This document shows positions 29,964-39,590 of a DNA stretch of 64,000 nucleotides, in pieces. Both the position numbers and the translations under genes were made by a program. Numbering within the stretch: the first letter of the stretch is position 1; the number at the start of each line of letters is the position of its first letter. The DNA is from an uncultured Verrucomicrobiae bacterium (GTDB lineage: Bacteria; Verrucomicrobiota; Verrucomicrobiia; Chthoniobacterales; UBA10450): contig CAVTMK010000002.1 of assembly GCA_963735805.1 (NCBI GenBank), positions 160,001 to 224,000 on the forward strand, given 5' to 3'. The notes beneath the pieces were generated by a model that was not told where the DNA came from, did no database searches, and worked only from the letters and a program-made list of their open reading frames with translations.

Positions 29964-30284
29964 ATGATGAAACTCATTGCGTTAATAACGGCGGGGCTCT
30001 TTGCTGCAGGCACGATGTTCGCGGGCGAACATGGCAACTGCACAAAGCAGGCCGGCAACGAAGCGAAAGCGGCGTGTCAGGTCTCATTGGCCAGTCTCAA
30101 TCTGACACCTGACCAAAAATCAAAGATGGATGCTGCCATGCAGGAGCATCACAAGGCCGGTTGTTCGGAAGCGAGCGAGAGCAAATACATGCAGGAGGCA
30201 AAAACAATCCTGACCAAGGAGCAGTTCGCAAAGTTCAAAGCCGAATGCAAAGGCAAAGCCGAGAAAGGCAGCACCGAGACCTGA
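29964..30284 (+). CDS. Small secreted helical protein (Spy/CpxP-like LTxxQ motifs, 4 Cys)
   Basis: Signal peptide; LNLTPDQK and ILTKEQF. Confidence 0.65.
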   Translation: MMKLIALITAGLFAAGTMFAGEHGNCTKQAGNEAKAACQVSLASLNLTPDQKSKMDAAMQEHHKAGCSEASESKYMQEAKTILTKEQFAKFKAECKGKAEKGSTET

Positions 30285-30426
30285 TCTCCGATTACAATCA
30301 GATTAACCCTTCGCGCCGAGAGCAATCTCGGCGCGTTCCGTGTACAAGTCAGCGACCTCGGGTCCGGTTCCTTGATCTGAGTGTTATTGACGGCGCATGC
30401 CGCTGTCGGTAGAACGCCAGCCAGGA

Positions 30427-30795
30427 ATGAATCCACCGCCTGTGCCAGTTCGAAAACGTTTCCCATGGATTTTTTATTGGATCGTTCTCGCCCTCATCAT
30501 TCTCTTCGCTGTTGCCCCGATGGGTTCGGTGATCACATGCGCATGGATCGCAAATTCCCACGGCTGCAAAGTCGACGAAGGCTCAGTGCATCCATGCATC
30601 ATCAACGGACAGGATTATGGTCAGCTCCTTTACACTCTCGGAGTATTAGGTTGGCTGATGCTCGTCACTATTCCTGGCGGTGCTTTCGCATTCATTGTTT
30701 GGCTGATTGTTCTCATTCTGCATCGGGAAAAGTGGCGAAAGCGATTCGGGTCGAGTGCTCCTCCTCCAATTCCCCCTCCGCCTGCCCCGATATGA
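30427..30795 (+). CDS. Two-TM membrane protein with Cys-containing loop
   Basis: TM - GCKVDEGSVHPCIING - TM, Pro-rich tail. Confidence 0.7.
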   Translation: MNPPPVPVRKRFPWIFYWIVLALIILFAVAPMGSVITCAWIANSHGCKVDEGSVHPCIINGQDYGQLLYTLGVLGWLMLVTIPGGAFAFIVWLIVLILHREKWRKRFGSSAPPPIPPPPAPI

Positions 30796-30848
30796 AACGG
30801 TATCAGATCGGGCGAATCGCCGGTGACGCCGTGTCTATTCGAAAACAG

Positions 30849-30872
30849 GCCGCAGCCAATGTCAGCGGTTAC
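30849..30872 (-). repeat. REP-like family A degenerate copy
   Basis: gccgcagccaatgtcagcggttac. Confidence 0.55.
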
Positions 30873-30920
30873 AGTTTTTGCGGCTGACATCGCCGACGCT
30901 GCACGCGAAGATTCGCGCTA

Positions 30921-32300
30921 ATGAAAGACCTTACCCAAGGCTCGGTGACCAGTCATTTGCTGCATATGTCAGCGTTCCTGGCCATGAGCATGGTGGTGCA
31001 GACTCTTTATTTGCTCGCCGACCTCTATTGGGTGGGACACCTAGGGAAGGAAGCAATCGCAGCAGTTGGTCTCGCGGGCAATATCACGATGATTGTGCTG
31101 GCGCTTACCCAAATGCTGGGTGTCGGAACAACTACCTTGATCTCGCAAGCTGCTGGTAGAAAAGATCAGCCCCATGCAGAGCTGGCTTTCAATCAGTCAT
31201 TTGTCATGTCGATGGTGATCGCGCTCGCGTTGGGTGTTGTGGGGTTCATCTTGCGTCCTGCCTACTGTGATTGGTTAAGCGCGGATACAGACACAGCTAC
31301 GCTGGCGAAGGCGTATCTCCTCTGGTTTCTTCCCGGTCTTTTGTTGCAGTTTCCTTTGGTGGCGCTGGGCTCCGCATTGCGCGCGACCGGCATTATTAAG
31401 CCAGCAGTTGGATTCCAGGTGCTCAGCGTGCTGCTGAACATTGTGCTCGCCCCGTTATTGATTTTCGGAATCGGTCCGTGGCCCAAACTCGGCGTAACCG
31501 GCGCGGCGTTGGCTACATTCATTTCCATTCTCGTTGCCAACGTGTTGATAATAATTTATTTCGAAAGGAAATATCACTATCTGCGTTTTCGTTTTCCGCT
31601 GTTTCGCCCGCAGATCAAAATTTGGCGAGGAATACTGCGGATTGGTGTGCCGGCTGGAGCAGAGTTTCTGCTCCTTTTTGTGTACATCATAATCGTTTAC
31701 GCGATCATTCGGGGCTTTGGACCGGCGGCTCAAGCAGGCTTCGGAATCGGCGCACGTGTGATGCAGGCGCTTTTTTTGCCGGTGGTGGCGCTCAGCTTTG
31801 CTGTTTCGCCCGTGGTGGGCCAGAACTTCGGTGGCCGTCGCGCGGATCGAGTCCGGCATTCCGTTTATTCTGCAATTGGCATCGCATCGTTGATGATGCT
31901 GGTGCTGACGCTGCTTGCGTTCTTCGTTCCGGGAAGGTTGATTCGTTTTTTCTCAAGCGATCCGCGAGTCATTGCCTTCGGCAGCGAATATCTTCGGATC
32001 GTTTCTTTGAATTTTATTTCGGCAGGAATTGTTTTTGTCACTTCCAGCATTTTCCAGGGAATCGGCAATACGCTGCCACCGCTGTTCAGTTCGATGACGC
32101 GGCTGGCCTTGTTCGCTCTGCCAGCGATGTTGATCTCTAGGATGCCAGGGTTTGAGATCAGGGAGCTGTGGTATCTGTCCGTCGGGTCGATCGTTTTCCA
32201 GATGTGCGTCAATCTACTGTTACTCCGTCACGAGCTGCGAAAGCGACTCAGATTCGACGAACCGGAAAATTTTATTCCAGCAAGCGCGACGGCGTCGTAG
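30921..32300 (+). CDS. MATE family efflux transporter
   Basis: MKDLTQGSV, ADLYWVGHLG, about 12 TMs, VGQNFGG. Confidence 0.92.
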   Translation: MKDLTQGSVTSHLLHMSAFLAMSMVVQTLYLLADLYWVGHLGKEAIAAVGLAGNITMIVLALTQMLGVGTTTLISQAAGRKDQPHAELAFNQSFVMSMVIALALGVVGFILRPAYCDWLSADTDTATLAKAYLLWFLPGLLLQFPLVALGSALRATGIIKPAVGFQVLSVLLNIVLAPLLIFGIGPWPKLGVTGAALATFISILVANVLIIIYFERKYHYLRFRFPLFRPQIKIWRGILRIGVPAGAEFLLLFVYIIIVYAIIRGFGPAAQAGFGIGARVMQALFLPVVALSFAVSPVVGQNFGGRRADRVRHSVYSAIGIASLMMLVLTLLAFFVPGRLIRFFSSDPRVIAFGSEYLRIVSLNFISAGIVFVTSSIFQGIGNTLPPLFSSMTRLALFALPAMLISRMPGFEIRELWYLSVGSIVFQMCVNLLLLRHELRKRLRFDEPENFIPASATAS

Positions 32301-32315
32301 TTTGCGCTTATTCAA

Positions 32316-33749
32316 TCATGCGCGGGTTTCTTTTCTGCCGAGGAGTTGAAACGCTAGCAGGCTGATAAACGCGGCGATGCAAAGCCAGGCGAACCAATCG
32401 CCGGTTCGCGTGTAAAATGTTTCCTCTCGCGCTACGCCTACTTTTCCAGTGATTGATGCGAAGCGGTCCGGCTCGGTCGCCGTTTCCGCCACGATCCGGC
32501 CGCGGTTGTCACTGAGAGTCAGGAGCCCGTTGCGTGCCGAACGAGCCAGAGCGAACCCGTTTTCGACTGCGCGCAGGACGGCCATGCGCGCGTGCAACCA
32601 GCGATCGACGTTGAAGTCCCATGCGGGCACCAGCAGCAGGTTCGCGCCTTCGGCTGCGTATTCGCGGCTCAGCTTGGGAAAATCCATGTCTTTGCAAATT
32701 TGCAGTCCCCAATGCCCCGACGGCTCCTCGAGAATGACTCGCTTGTCACCGGGTTTTTCGGGCTCGATGCCAGGGATGAGATGATGCTTGTCATAATTTG
32801 CGTCCAATTTTCCATCGGCTGAATACAACCGTGAAGAATTGAAAGCGCCGGATGGCGTTTTTCGAACCACGCCAACGACAATCGCTGCATGCGTAGCGGT
32901 GGCAGCCGAAGAGAAAAGCGTGTCCACTTCTGATAGTGCGCTTTCGCTGATACGTCCGATTTTTTCCGGGAGCACAACCGCCTGCGTTCCGGCTGGAGTA
33001 ACGTGGCGGATTTCATTGGCGTAATCGCGTAGCAGCTGTAGCGCTTGCTCTTCGGAGCCGAGATAAACGCTCATCGGCACATCCTTTCCGATCAGCGTCA
33101 CTGCGACAGATTGAGAAGGATTCGATTGCAATCGCCATTTGCCAAAAACAAATACAGCGCAAACGATGAATCCGACGGCCAGGGCAAGCACGCGGCGATG
33201 CCATGATCTTCCCGCGCCGCTCAGCAGAACTGCCGCCGCGCCCGCAAACAGAAACACGATGAAGCTGATTCCCCAAATCCCGGTGATCGCAGCGATCTGG
33301 ATCAAGGGGAGACAATCCATTTGTGAGTAAGCCAGATTACCCCATGTGCTGTGAGGCGACGAAATCGCACTCAGATATTCGTACGTCACCCAGTAAACCG
33401 GCAAAGCAAGCGCGGCGGGGAATAGCGATCCGCGACGAAGCATTCCGCGCACAAACAGAACGCCGAGGCCAAAGACAACTGCTGGAACTACAAAGTAAAG
33501 GACGGTAATTGGCAGTGGGAGTTCGATCGCGTGCCTGACGTAGTTCCATTGGTTCATTGCGCCGATCAGCCATGCGATCCCAGCAAGCAGAAAAGCCGCC
33601 CCGGCACTGAGTCGTGGCGAAATCGCCAGCGCTGGGATCGGCGCGAACCAAAGTGCCCACCAAATTGGGTGAAGCCCGGTACCGAGATATACGAACGCGG
33701 CAGAGACAAGGCAGGCCGCTGTGATGAGCAAAAGTTTGCCTAATCGCAT
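32316..33749 (-). CDS. Apolipoprotein N-acyltransferase-like membrane nitrilase (CN hydrolase)
   Basis: Multiple TMs; E-K-C triad in PEK, YDKHHL, ICKD; RAVENG. Confidence 0.8.
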   Translation of the reverse strand: MRLGKLLLITAACLVSAAFVYLGTGLHPIWWALWFAPIPALAISPRLSAGAAFLLAGIAWLIGAMNQWNYVRHAIELPLPITVLYFVVPAVVFGLGVLFVRGMLRRGSLFPAALALPVYWVTYEYLSAISSPHSTWGNLAYSQMDCLPLIQIAAITGIWGISFIVFLFAGAAAVLLSGAGRSWHRRVLALAVGFIVCAVFVFGKWRLQSNPSQSVAVTLIGKDVPMSVYLGSEEQALQLLRDYANEIRHVTPAGTQAVVLPEKIGRISESALSEVDTLFSSAATATHAAIVVGVVRKTPSGAFNSSRLYSADGKLDANYDKHHLIPGIEPEKPGDKRVILEEPSGHWGLQICKDMDFPKLSREYAAEGANLLLVPAWDFNVDRWLHARMAVLRAVENGFALARSARNGLLTLSDNRGRIVAETATEPDRFASITGKVGVAREETFYTRTGDWFAWLCIAAFISLLAFQLLGRKETRA

Positions 33750-34250
33750 TTGAAGAACGCCCAGGATGTGGTTGTTCCTGCTGGTTCTGGCAAGACAGTA
33801 ATTCTTATTGAAAAGCGTGCTCGCTCCAACCGCAAAGATGTCGTGCTCGCGCGACGCCGCGGAGATAGTTTATTCAATCCAGATGCGAAAAATCCGAAAG
33901 CCCGGATATGTTGGCGAGACAGAGAAGAATCTGGGCCGCGCTTTCGATGCGGCGAAGAATAGTCGCGCGATTCTGTTTTTTGACGAAGCGGATGGTCTCT
34001 TTAACAAACGCACTGACGCGAAAGACAGCCCGACCGTTATGCAAACATTGAAATCAACTATCTTTTGCGGAGAACTGGGAAATACGCCGGTCTCACCATT
34101 CTGGCCGGCGGCAATCGAACCAGGATCGAGAAGGCGTTCGGGCGAAAGTTTCATTTCATGCTGCGCGTCCTCAACGACGAAAGCCGCGCGGCAAAGAGTC
34201 TTCCACTTGTTAGGCTGCCGCCATATGTCCTGATTGGAGATGAGCGATAA
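33750..34250 (+). pseudogene. Degenerate AAA+ ATPase fragment with two frameshifts
   Basis: GSGKT in one frame; YVGETEKNL...LFFDEADGLF.KRT..KDS in the next; DRYANIEINYLL...AF resumes in the first frame at ~34032. Confidence 0.75.
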
Positions 34251-34671
34251 TATCAAAATCAAAACGCGGAAATTTTCCATTGGCGATTACGACGCTGCGC
34301 TTGGGCTATGGCAACGAGTGGAAGGTCTCGAGATTGCCGAGGGAGATGATAGGGAAGGCGTTGGCGACTTTCTCGCGCGCAACCCGGGGCTAAGCAGAGT
34401 GGCAACCGACGGCTCTGCGATTATTGGCGTCGTATTGTGCGGTCACGACGGACGCCGCGGATATATTTATCATCTGGCGGTTGATCCGGCTTACCAGGCC
34501 CGCGGCGTTGGCAAGCGGTTGACGGATGAATGCCTCGACGGTTTGCGCCGGGCCGGCCTCAAACGGGCGCTAATCCTGGTCGCATATGACAACACTCGCG
34601 GCCAGAAATTCTGGCGTCGCCATGGCTGGGAAGAAGTCCCTGGCCCGATCGTGATGGGGACTGACCTTTAA
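34240..34671 (+). CDS. GNAT acetyltransferase (YpeA-like)
   Basis: GHDGRRGYIYHLAVDP, GVGKRL. Confidence 0.85.
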   Translation: MSDNIKIKTRKFSIGDYDAALGLWQRVEGLEIAEGDDREGVGDFLARNPGLSRVATDGSAIIGVVLCGHDGRRGYIYHLAVDPAYQARGVGKRLTDECLDGLRRAGLKRALILVAYDNTRGQKFWRRHGWEEVPGPIVMGTDL

Positions 34672-34761
34672 TCGCAGGTGTTAGGTCGCCCTTAAGAAAG
34701 AGAGGCAACTAAAAATCTCCCAAACGTAAGACTCGCACACGAACTAAAAAACCACCATACT

Positions 34762-35235
34762 GTGCGCATGATCACGATGTTTCGCCCGGTGGCTGGTTTT
34801 CTTTTCGTGACACTCACACTTTCAGTTTCGGCCGCTTCCTGGGATGACGATTCGCATTATGTCTCGTTAGGCCCCCACAACGGCTACTACATTGTGCAAC
34901 CTGATTCCAAGTTATTCAGTCAGCTCGGTCTGTGGGAAGCGCCCATCATCGATACATCGGATCCGCTGCGTCACGGCTACGGAGCGGACGCGCTCGCCTT
35001 TCGGTTCAATCGAAACGGCGTCTTGATTGCGCCCCCGGCTTACATCGTGCAGGCGTTGCCGTATGATTTTTACACGCGGCGCGTCGGGGCGCTACCTGTC
35101 GGCCACGCAACCGTCAAGGATGTGGAAGCTATCTTTGGTGGCAGCCACACCCGCGCAAATCGTCCGGATGGTTTTATGTGGTACTACGCGATTCCGGTCT
35201 ATAATCCGTTCGAGAATCGGGGCGGCCGCCGTTGA
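34762..35235 (+). CDS. Secreted hypothetical protein
   Basis: Signal peptide; coherent ORF. Confidence 0.6.
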   Translation: MRMITMFRPVAGFLFVTLTLSVSAASWDDDSHYVSLGPHNGYYIVQPDSKLFSQLGLWEAPIIDTSDPLRHGYGADALAFRFNRNGVLIAPPAYIVQALPYDFYTRRVGALPVGHATVKDVEAIFGGSHTRANRPDGFMWYYAIPVYNPFENRGGRR

Positions 35236-35281
35236 GATGCGCACGTTGAACTATCGCGCCCAATGTCCCTGGAATCGCAGC

Positions 35282-35803
35282 ATGCGCGCCGCAATTTTTC
35301 TGGCGACCGTTTTTGGCGTGAGCGTTTCAGCAATCGCGAGTACCTCGACTATCATCAGCCCTGATCATCACCAGACGTTTGCCTACGGCGAAATTCTTTC
35401 GCACCAGCTTTATCTCGCACGCTCGCGGGGCGAACTGGCGGCGCGGATCACCTTTAGCAATATGCCTTATAATGGTGACGACGAGCCTCGCACGGACGAA
35501 TCGTTCGATTTTCATTTCCCGGGGATCAAATTTGATGCAACACGACGGACGTTTTTTGTCAGCGACCGAGGCGGTCGGACGATTCCTGTGGCGCGATTTC
35601 GTGCCGGTTTATTCTGCAATTGGGTCGATCTGGCGCCGGGCGCGAAAATTTATCTGCTTAAGGAGAGCGGACGGGTGACCGCAATTCTGACAGCAACCGA
35701 TCATCCGCGCGTGGGAAGTCAGTGGATCGAAACGGACAACAATTGGTCATTACAAAATCTTTTGACTGCCCTGTTCGGCCAGCCAGCCCCCGGTCTCCCA
35801 TAG
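35282..35803 (+). CDS. Secreted hypothetical protein
   Basis: Signal peptide MRAAIFLATVFGVSVSAIA. Confidence 0.6.
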   Translation: MRAAIFLATVFGVSVSAIASTSTIISPDHHQTFAYGEILSHQLYLARSRGELAARITFSNMPYNGDDEPRTDESFDFHFPGIKFDATRRTFFVSDRGGRTIPVARFRAGLFCNWVDLAPGAKIYLLKESGRVTAILTATDHPRVGSQWIETDNNWSLQNLLTALFGQPAPGLP

Positions 35804-35940
35804 GCTCCGAACGGAGTTCACAGGGCGAGACTTTTGCGAGCCGAGCGCGACCCGCCTCCAGCGACACGCAACCTCGGAGACGGTTTGCCCTCAGGCTGTT
35901 TCGATTTGCAAAAGCGGTCGTAAGATCACAATCACACCCT

Positions 35941-37059
35941 GTGAAGATACGCGGCAAACATTTTCGAACGATTTGGTTTAAACCAGACGATGAACGCGTG
36001 GTGCAACTTATCGATCAGCGTTTCTTGCCGCATCGTTTCGTGATCGAAGAAGTCCGTACCGTCGAGCAGATGGCGACGGCGATTCGTGAAATGCATGTTC
36101 GCGGGGCGGGATTGATCGGGGCGAGTGCCGGGTACGGAATGTATCTTGCCGCCGTCGCGGCTGCGGCAGGTAGTGCAGCGGCTCGAATCGATGAGCAGTT
36201 GATCCATGCAGCAGAACTACTGAAGACAACGAGACCAACGGCGGTCAATCTTTCCTGGGCCGTGGAGCGCCAGCTAAAGAATATCGCCGAAGGCAAAGAT
36301 GCGACCGAGAAGGTCGCGCTAGGTCTACGCGCAGCAAAACTGATTGCAGACGAAGACGCGGAGCATTGCCGGATGATCGGGCAACACGGATTGGAACTCG
36401 TTCGACAAATCGCAGAGAAAAAAGCGGGAGAGCGTGTGAATTTGCTCACGCATTGCAACGCGGGATGGCTCGCGTTCGTCGACCATGGTTCTGCTACTGC
36501 GCCGATTTATGCAGCTCACGACAGCGGATTGCCCGTGCATGTTTTCGTGGCTGAGACGCGACCCAGAAACCAGGGTTCCAAGCTCACTGCGTGGGAGTTG
36601 GGCGAGCACGGAGTGCCGCATACGATCGTGGCAGACAGCGCCGCGGGACACTTGATGCAACGCGGCGCAGTGGATTTGGTGATCGTTGGAACCGACCGAA
36701 CGACTTACACGGGCGACGTTGCCAACAAGATCGGAACATATCTGAAGGCGCTGGCGGCGAAGGATAATGGCATTCCGTTCTATGTAGCGGTGCCGTCGCC
36801 GTCATTCGATTGGAGGTTGCGAGATGGATTGAAAGAAATCCCGATCGAAGAGCGCAGTGCAGAGGAGGTGACGCAAACCGAAGGCTGGTTCAAGGGGCAA
36901 CAGATCGAGGTGCGCATTGCTCCGGAAGGAAGCCCGGCCGCGAATTATGGGTTCGACGTGACACCCGCGCATCTGGTGACCGGATTGGTTACTGAACGCG
37001 GCGTGTGTGAAGCAAATGAGAAAAGCATCCGCGCGCTTTTCTCAGACAAGGCCCCGTGA
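35941..37059 (+). CDS. mtnA: S-methyl-5-thioribose-1-phosphate isomerase
   Basis: DQRFLP, MHVRGAGLIG, RPTAVNL, LTHCNAGWLA, ETRP, ANKIGTY, FDVTP. Confidence 0.93.
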   Translation: MKIRGKHFRTIWFKPDDERVVQLIDQRFLPHRFVIEEVRTVEQMATAIREMHVRGAGLIGASAGYGMYLAAVAAAAGSAAARIDEQLIHAAELLKTTRPTAVNLSWAVERQLKNIAEGKDATEKVALGLRAAKLIADEDAEHCRMIGQHGLELVRQIAEKKAGERVNLLTHCNAGWLAFVDHGSATAPIYAAHDSGLPVHVFVAETRPRNQGSKLTAWELGEHGVPHTIVADSAAGHLMQRGAVDLVIVGTDRTTYTGDVANKIGTYLKALAAKDNGIPFYVAVPSPSFDWRLRDGLKEIPIEERSAEEVTQTEGWFKGQQIEVRIAPEGSPAANYGFDVTPAHLVTGLVTERGVCEANEKSIRALFSDKAP

Positions 37060-37658
37060 GCAACTACATAAAGTTCTCGTGTGAGCGCGTAGCTGCCGAG
37101 CTTACTTCGTTCGGCGGGCTGGCTGAATTAAACGAACACCGGCAGAAACTTCTGCACCTCGGTGTGATCGGCGTGGATTCAAACGGTATCGGGTTTGGCA
37201 ACCTGAGCTTGAAGGACGGCGCGACCGATAGTTTTTACATCACAGGTTCCGCGACCGGAGGTATAGATGAATTGACGCTGATGAACTGCGCAAAAGTGGT
37301 GACATCCGACTTTGAGAGGAACTTCGTCCGATACGAGGGCTCAGCGGTTCCTTCATCGGAATCTCTGACACACGCTGCAATCTACAAGTCAGATGCACAG
37401 GTAGAAGCAGTGATTCATTGCCACGATTCCAAGCTGTGGGGAGCACTTCTCAATCAAGCTCCGACAACTCCGAAGCGTGCTGAGTATGGAACGCCACAGT
37501 TAGCGTATGAAATAATGCAACTCTTCACGCACACCGACGCGCAAAGCCGAAAGATTATTGTGACGACTGGTCACGAAGCAGGCATCGTAACTTTCGGCAA
37601 AGACCTTGAGGAGGCGTTCGCCGTCCTCATACGCGAAAGAAAAAAAAATTATCGGTGA
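37056..37658 (+). CDS. Class II aldolase/adducin family protein
   Basis: GFGNLS, PSSESLTHAAIY, IHCH, GHEAG; GTGA overlap with mtnA. Confidence 0.85.
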   Translation: MSNYIKFSCERVAAELTSFGGLAELNEHRQKLLHLGVIGVDSNGIGFGNLSLKDGATDSFYITGSATGGIDELTLMNCAKVVTSDFERNFVRYEGSAVPSSESLTHAAIYKSDAQVEAVIHCHDSKLWGALLNQAPTTPKRAEYGTPQLAYEIMQLFTHTDAQSRKIIVTTGHEAGIVTFGKDLEEAFAVLIRERKKNYR

Positions 37659-37750
37659 ATCAAAAACAAGGTAGAGCCCGCCGGGCGGTCGCGCCCAGGA
37701 AATCCCTGGCTGCGTTGACAGCGAATTGCGTGGCCGTACGCTGAATACAA

Positions 37751-38743
37751 ATGCATGAAAAATCTTCAGACTCGAATGAGAAAGCGGGTATTACTCGCCG
37801 AACATTCCTCGGCGCAACTCTTGTAACTGGCGCGGCGCTTCTTGCGAGAGGATCAGATGTGATCTTCGCAGCCGAATCGCCAGCATCACCGAAAATCGCT
37901 GCAAATCCGACCTGGCAGTTGGGCGGCGATCTTACGGTCAACCGCCTTGGTTTTGGCGCGATGCGCATCACCGGCGAAGGTATTTGGGGTTGGCCACCAG
38001 ATCGCGGGAATGCGCTTAAGGTAGTGAAGCGTGCGGTTGAGTTGGGTGTAGATTTGATCGATACAGCGGATGCCTACGGTCCGGAAACAAGCGAACTGCT
38101 GATCGCGGAAGCCCTTTATCCTTATCCCAAAGGTTTGGTTATTGCGACGAAAGGCGGCTTGACTCGACCGGGACCGGCGCAGTGGGTGCCCGATGGAACA
38201 CCACAACATCTCAAACAAGCTGTGGACGCCAGTCTGAAGCGACTGCGCCTGGACCGAATCGATGTCTATCAGCTGCACCGTATCGATCCCAAAGTGCCCA
38301 TGGAGGAATCGCTCGGCGCCATCAAGGAGATGAAAGACGCCGGGAAGATTCGCCATGTCGGGTTATCGAATGTGGAGCCGGAGGAAATCGAGCGGGCTCG
38401 TAAAATTGTTCCGATCGTCAGTGTGCAGAACCGCTACAACATCGAAGATCGCAAATCTGAAAATGCCCTAGCCTATTGTGAGAAGAATGGTCTTGGATTT
38501 TTGCCCTGGTTCCCCATCGGCGGAACCCGCGGATTGAAATCTAACAACGCGTTGAACACGGTGGCGAAAGCTCACGGTGTCAGCGTCTTTCAGGTCGCGC
38601 TAGCGTGGCTACTGGAGCGATCGCCCGTGATGCTACCGATTCCAGGTACGTCATCACTCGCGCACCTGGAGGAGAATGTTGCTGCGGCAAAGCTAAAATT
38701 AACCCCTGAAGAGTGGAAAGCGATCAATGCTTTGGCGAGCTGA
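37751..38743 (+). CDS. Aldo/keto reductase with twin-arginine-like N-terminus
   Basis: TRRTFLG; RLGFGAMR, IDTADAYG, YQLHRIDP, PIPGTSS. Confidence 0.9.
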   Translation: MHEKSSDSNEKAGITRRTFLGATLVTGAALLARGSDVIFAAESPASPKIAANPTWQLGGDLTVNRLGFGAMRITGEGIWGWPPDRGNALKVVKRAVELGVDLIDTADAYGPETSELLIAEALYPYPKGLVIATKGGLTRPGPAQWVPDGTPQHLKQAVDASLKRLRLDRIDVYQLHRIDPKVPMEESLGAIKEMKDAGKIRHVGLSNVEPEEIERARKIVPIVSVQNRYNIEDRKSENALAYCEKNGLGFLPWFPIGGTRGLKSNNALNTVAKAHGVSVFQVALAWLLERSPVMLPIPGTSSLAHLEENVAAAKLKLTPEEWKAINALAS

Positions 38744-38853
38744 CAGGAATCTCAGCTGACCGCCGTTGTGAGGATTGCGGCGCGATAGCGTGATCCGTCT
38801 GGGACGGACTACGACGATACCGTCGCACCTGGTTGCTGAAGCGAAGTACAACT

Positions 38854-39468
38854 ATGCACCTCTCGCCTCAATTCGAAAAAGCATTGACTTACGCCACTCG
38901 GATTCACGGCGGACAACTCCGGAAAAAGACGAGGATTCCCTACATCGCACATATCCTCGGTGTCGCTGCGATCGCAATGGAATATGGCGCGAACGAAACG
39001 GAAGCCATCGCAGCGTTGTTGCACGATGCCGTGGAGGATTGTGGTGGCGCGAAACGGTTGCGCGATATCGAGCGAAAATTCGGCAAACAAGTCGCAAAAA
39101 TTGTGGACGGTTGCACCGACACAGACCAAACGCCGAAGCCTCCGTGGCTGGAACGGAAGAAGGGCTACGTGGCTCACGTTCGGCATGCGCCGATACCCAC
39201 GAAACTCGTGTCGGCTGCCGACAAGTTGCACAACGTTCGCGCGATCCTGATGGATTATCGCAAGCAAGGCGAAAAGCTCTGGTCTCGATTCAACCGCGGT
39301 AAACAGGGCGCTCTTTGGTATTACCGCGCACTGGTGAACGCTTTTAGCGGTAAACGCATTCAGCCGTTGGTGCAGGAACTCGATCGCACTCTGACCGAGC
39401 TGGAATTGCTGTCGAATAACGGGGCGCAAGTGATGCAGCCACCGACGCCACACGAAGCGCGTAGGTAA
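38854..39468 (+). CDS. HD domain protein (Mesh1/small alarmone hydrolase-like)
   Basis: HGGQLRK..PYIAH, ALLHDAVED, ADKLHN. Confidence 0.85.
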   Translation: MHLSPQFEKALTYATRIHGGQLRKKTRIPYIAHILGVAAIAMEYGANETEAIAALLHDAVEDCGGAKRLRDIERKFGKQVAKIVDGCTDTDQTPKPPWLERKKGYVAHVRHAPIPTKLVSAADKLHNVRAILMDYRKQGEKLWSRFNRGKQGALWYYRALVNAFSGKRIQPLVQELDRTLTELELLSNNGAQVMQPPTPHEARR

Positions 39469-39503
39469 GATTTATACAAGCCATCTCACAAATACCCGCT
39501 CCT

Positions 39504-39528
39504 GTAGCCACGGCGCTGTGTCGCCGTG
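39504..39528 (+). repeat. GTAG REP-like palindrome, family B
   Basis: gtagccacggcgctgtgtcgccgtg; related degenerate copy at 26532 (gtagccaaggcgctatggaccgtt). Confidence 0.5.
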
Positions 39529-39590
39529 CTGGTGTGAGCAAACACTCCCGGGATGCCTCGACACGGCCACGCGGGTGAGAATTCTATGAA

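Noticed and set aside
1380..30872. 24-bp repeats as a CRISPR array
   Set aside because: Copies are dispersed and degenerate, with no regular spacers and no cas genes
35722..35940. Long N-terminal extension of mtnA
   Set aside because: MtnA-like sequence begins at GTG 35941; the extension overlaps the previous gene
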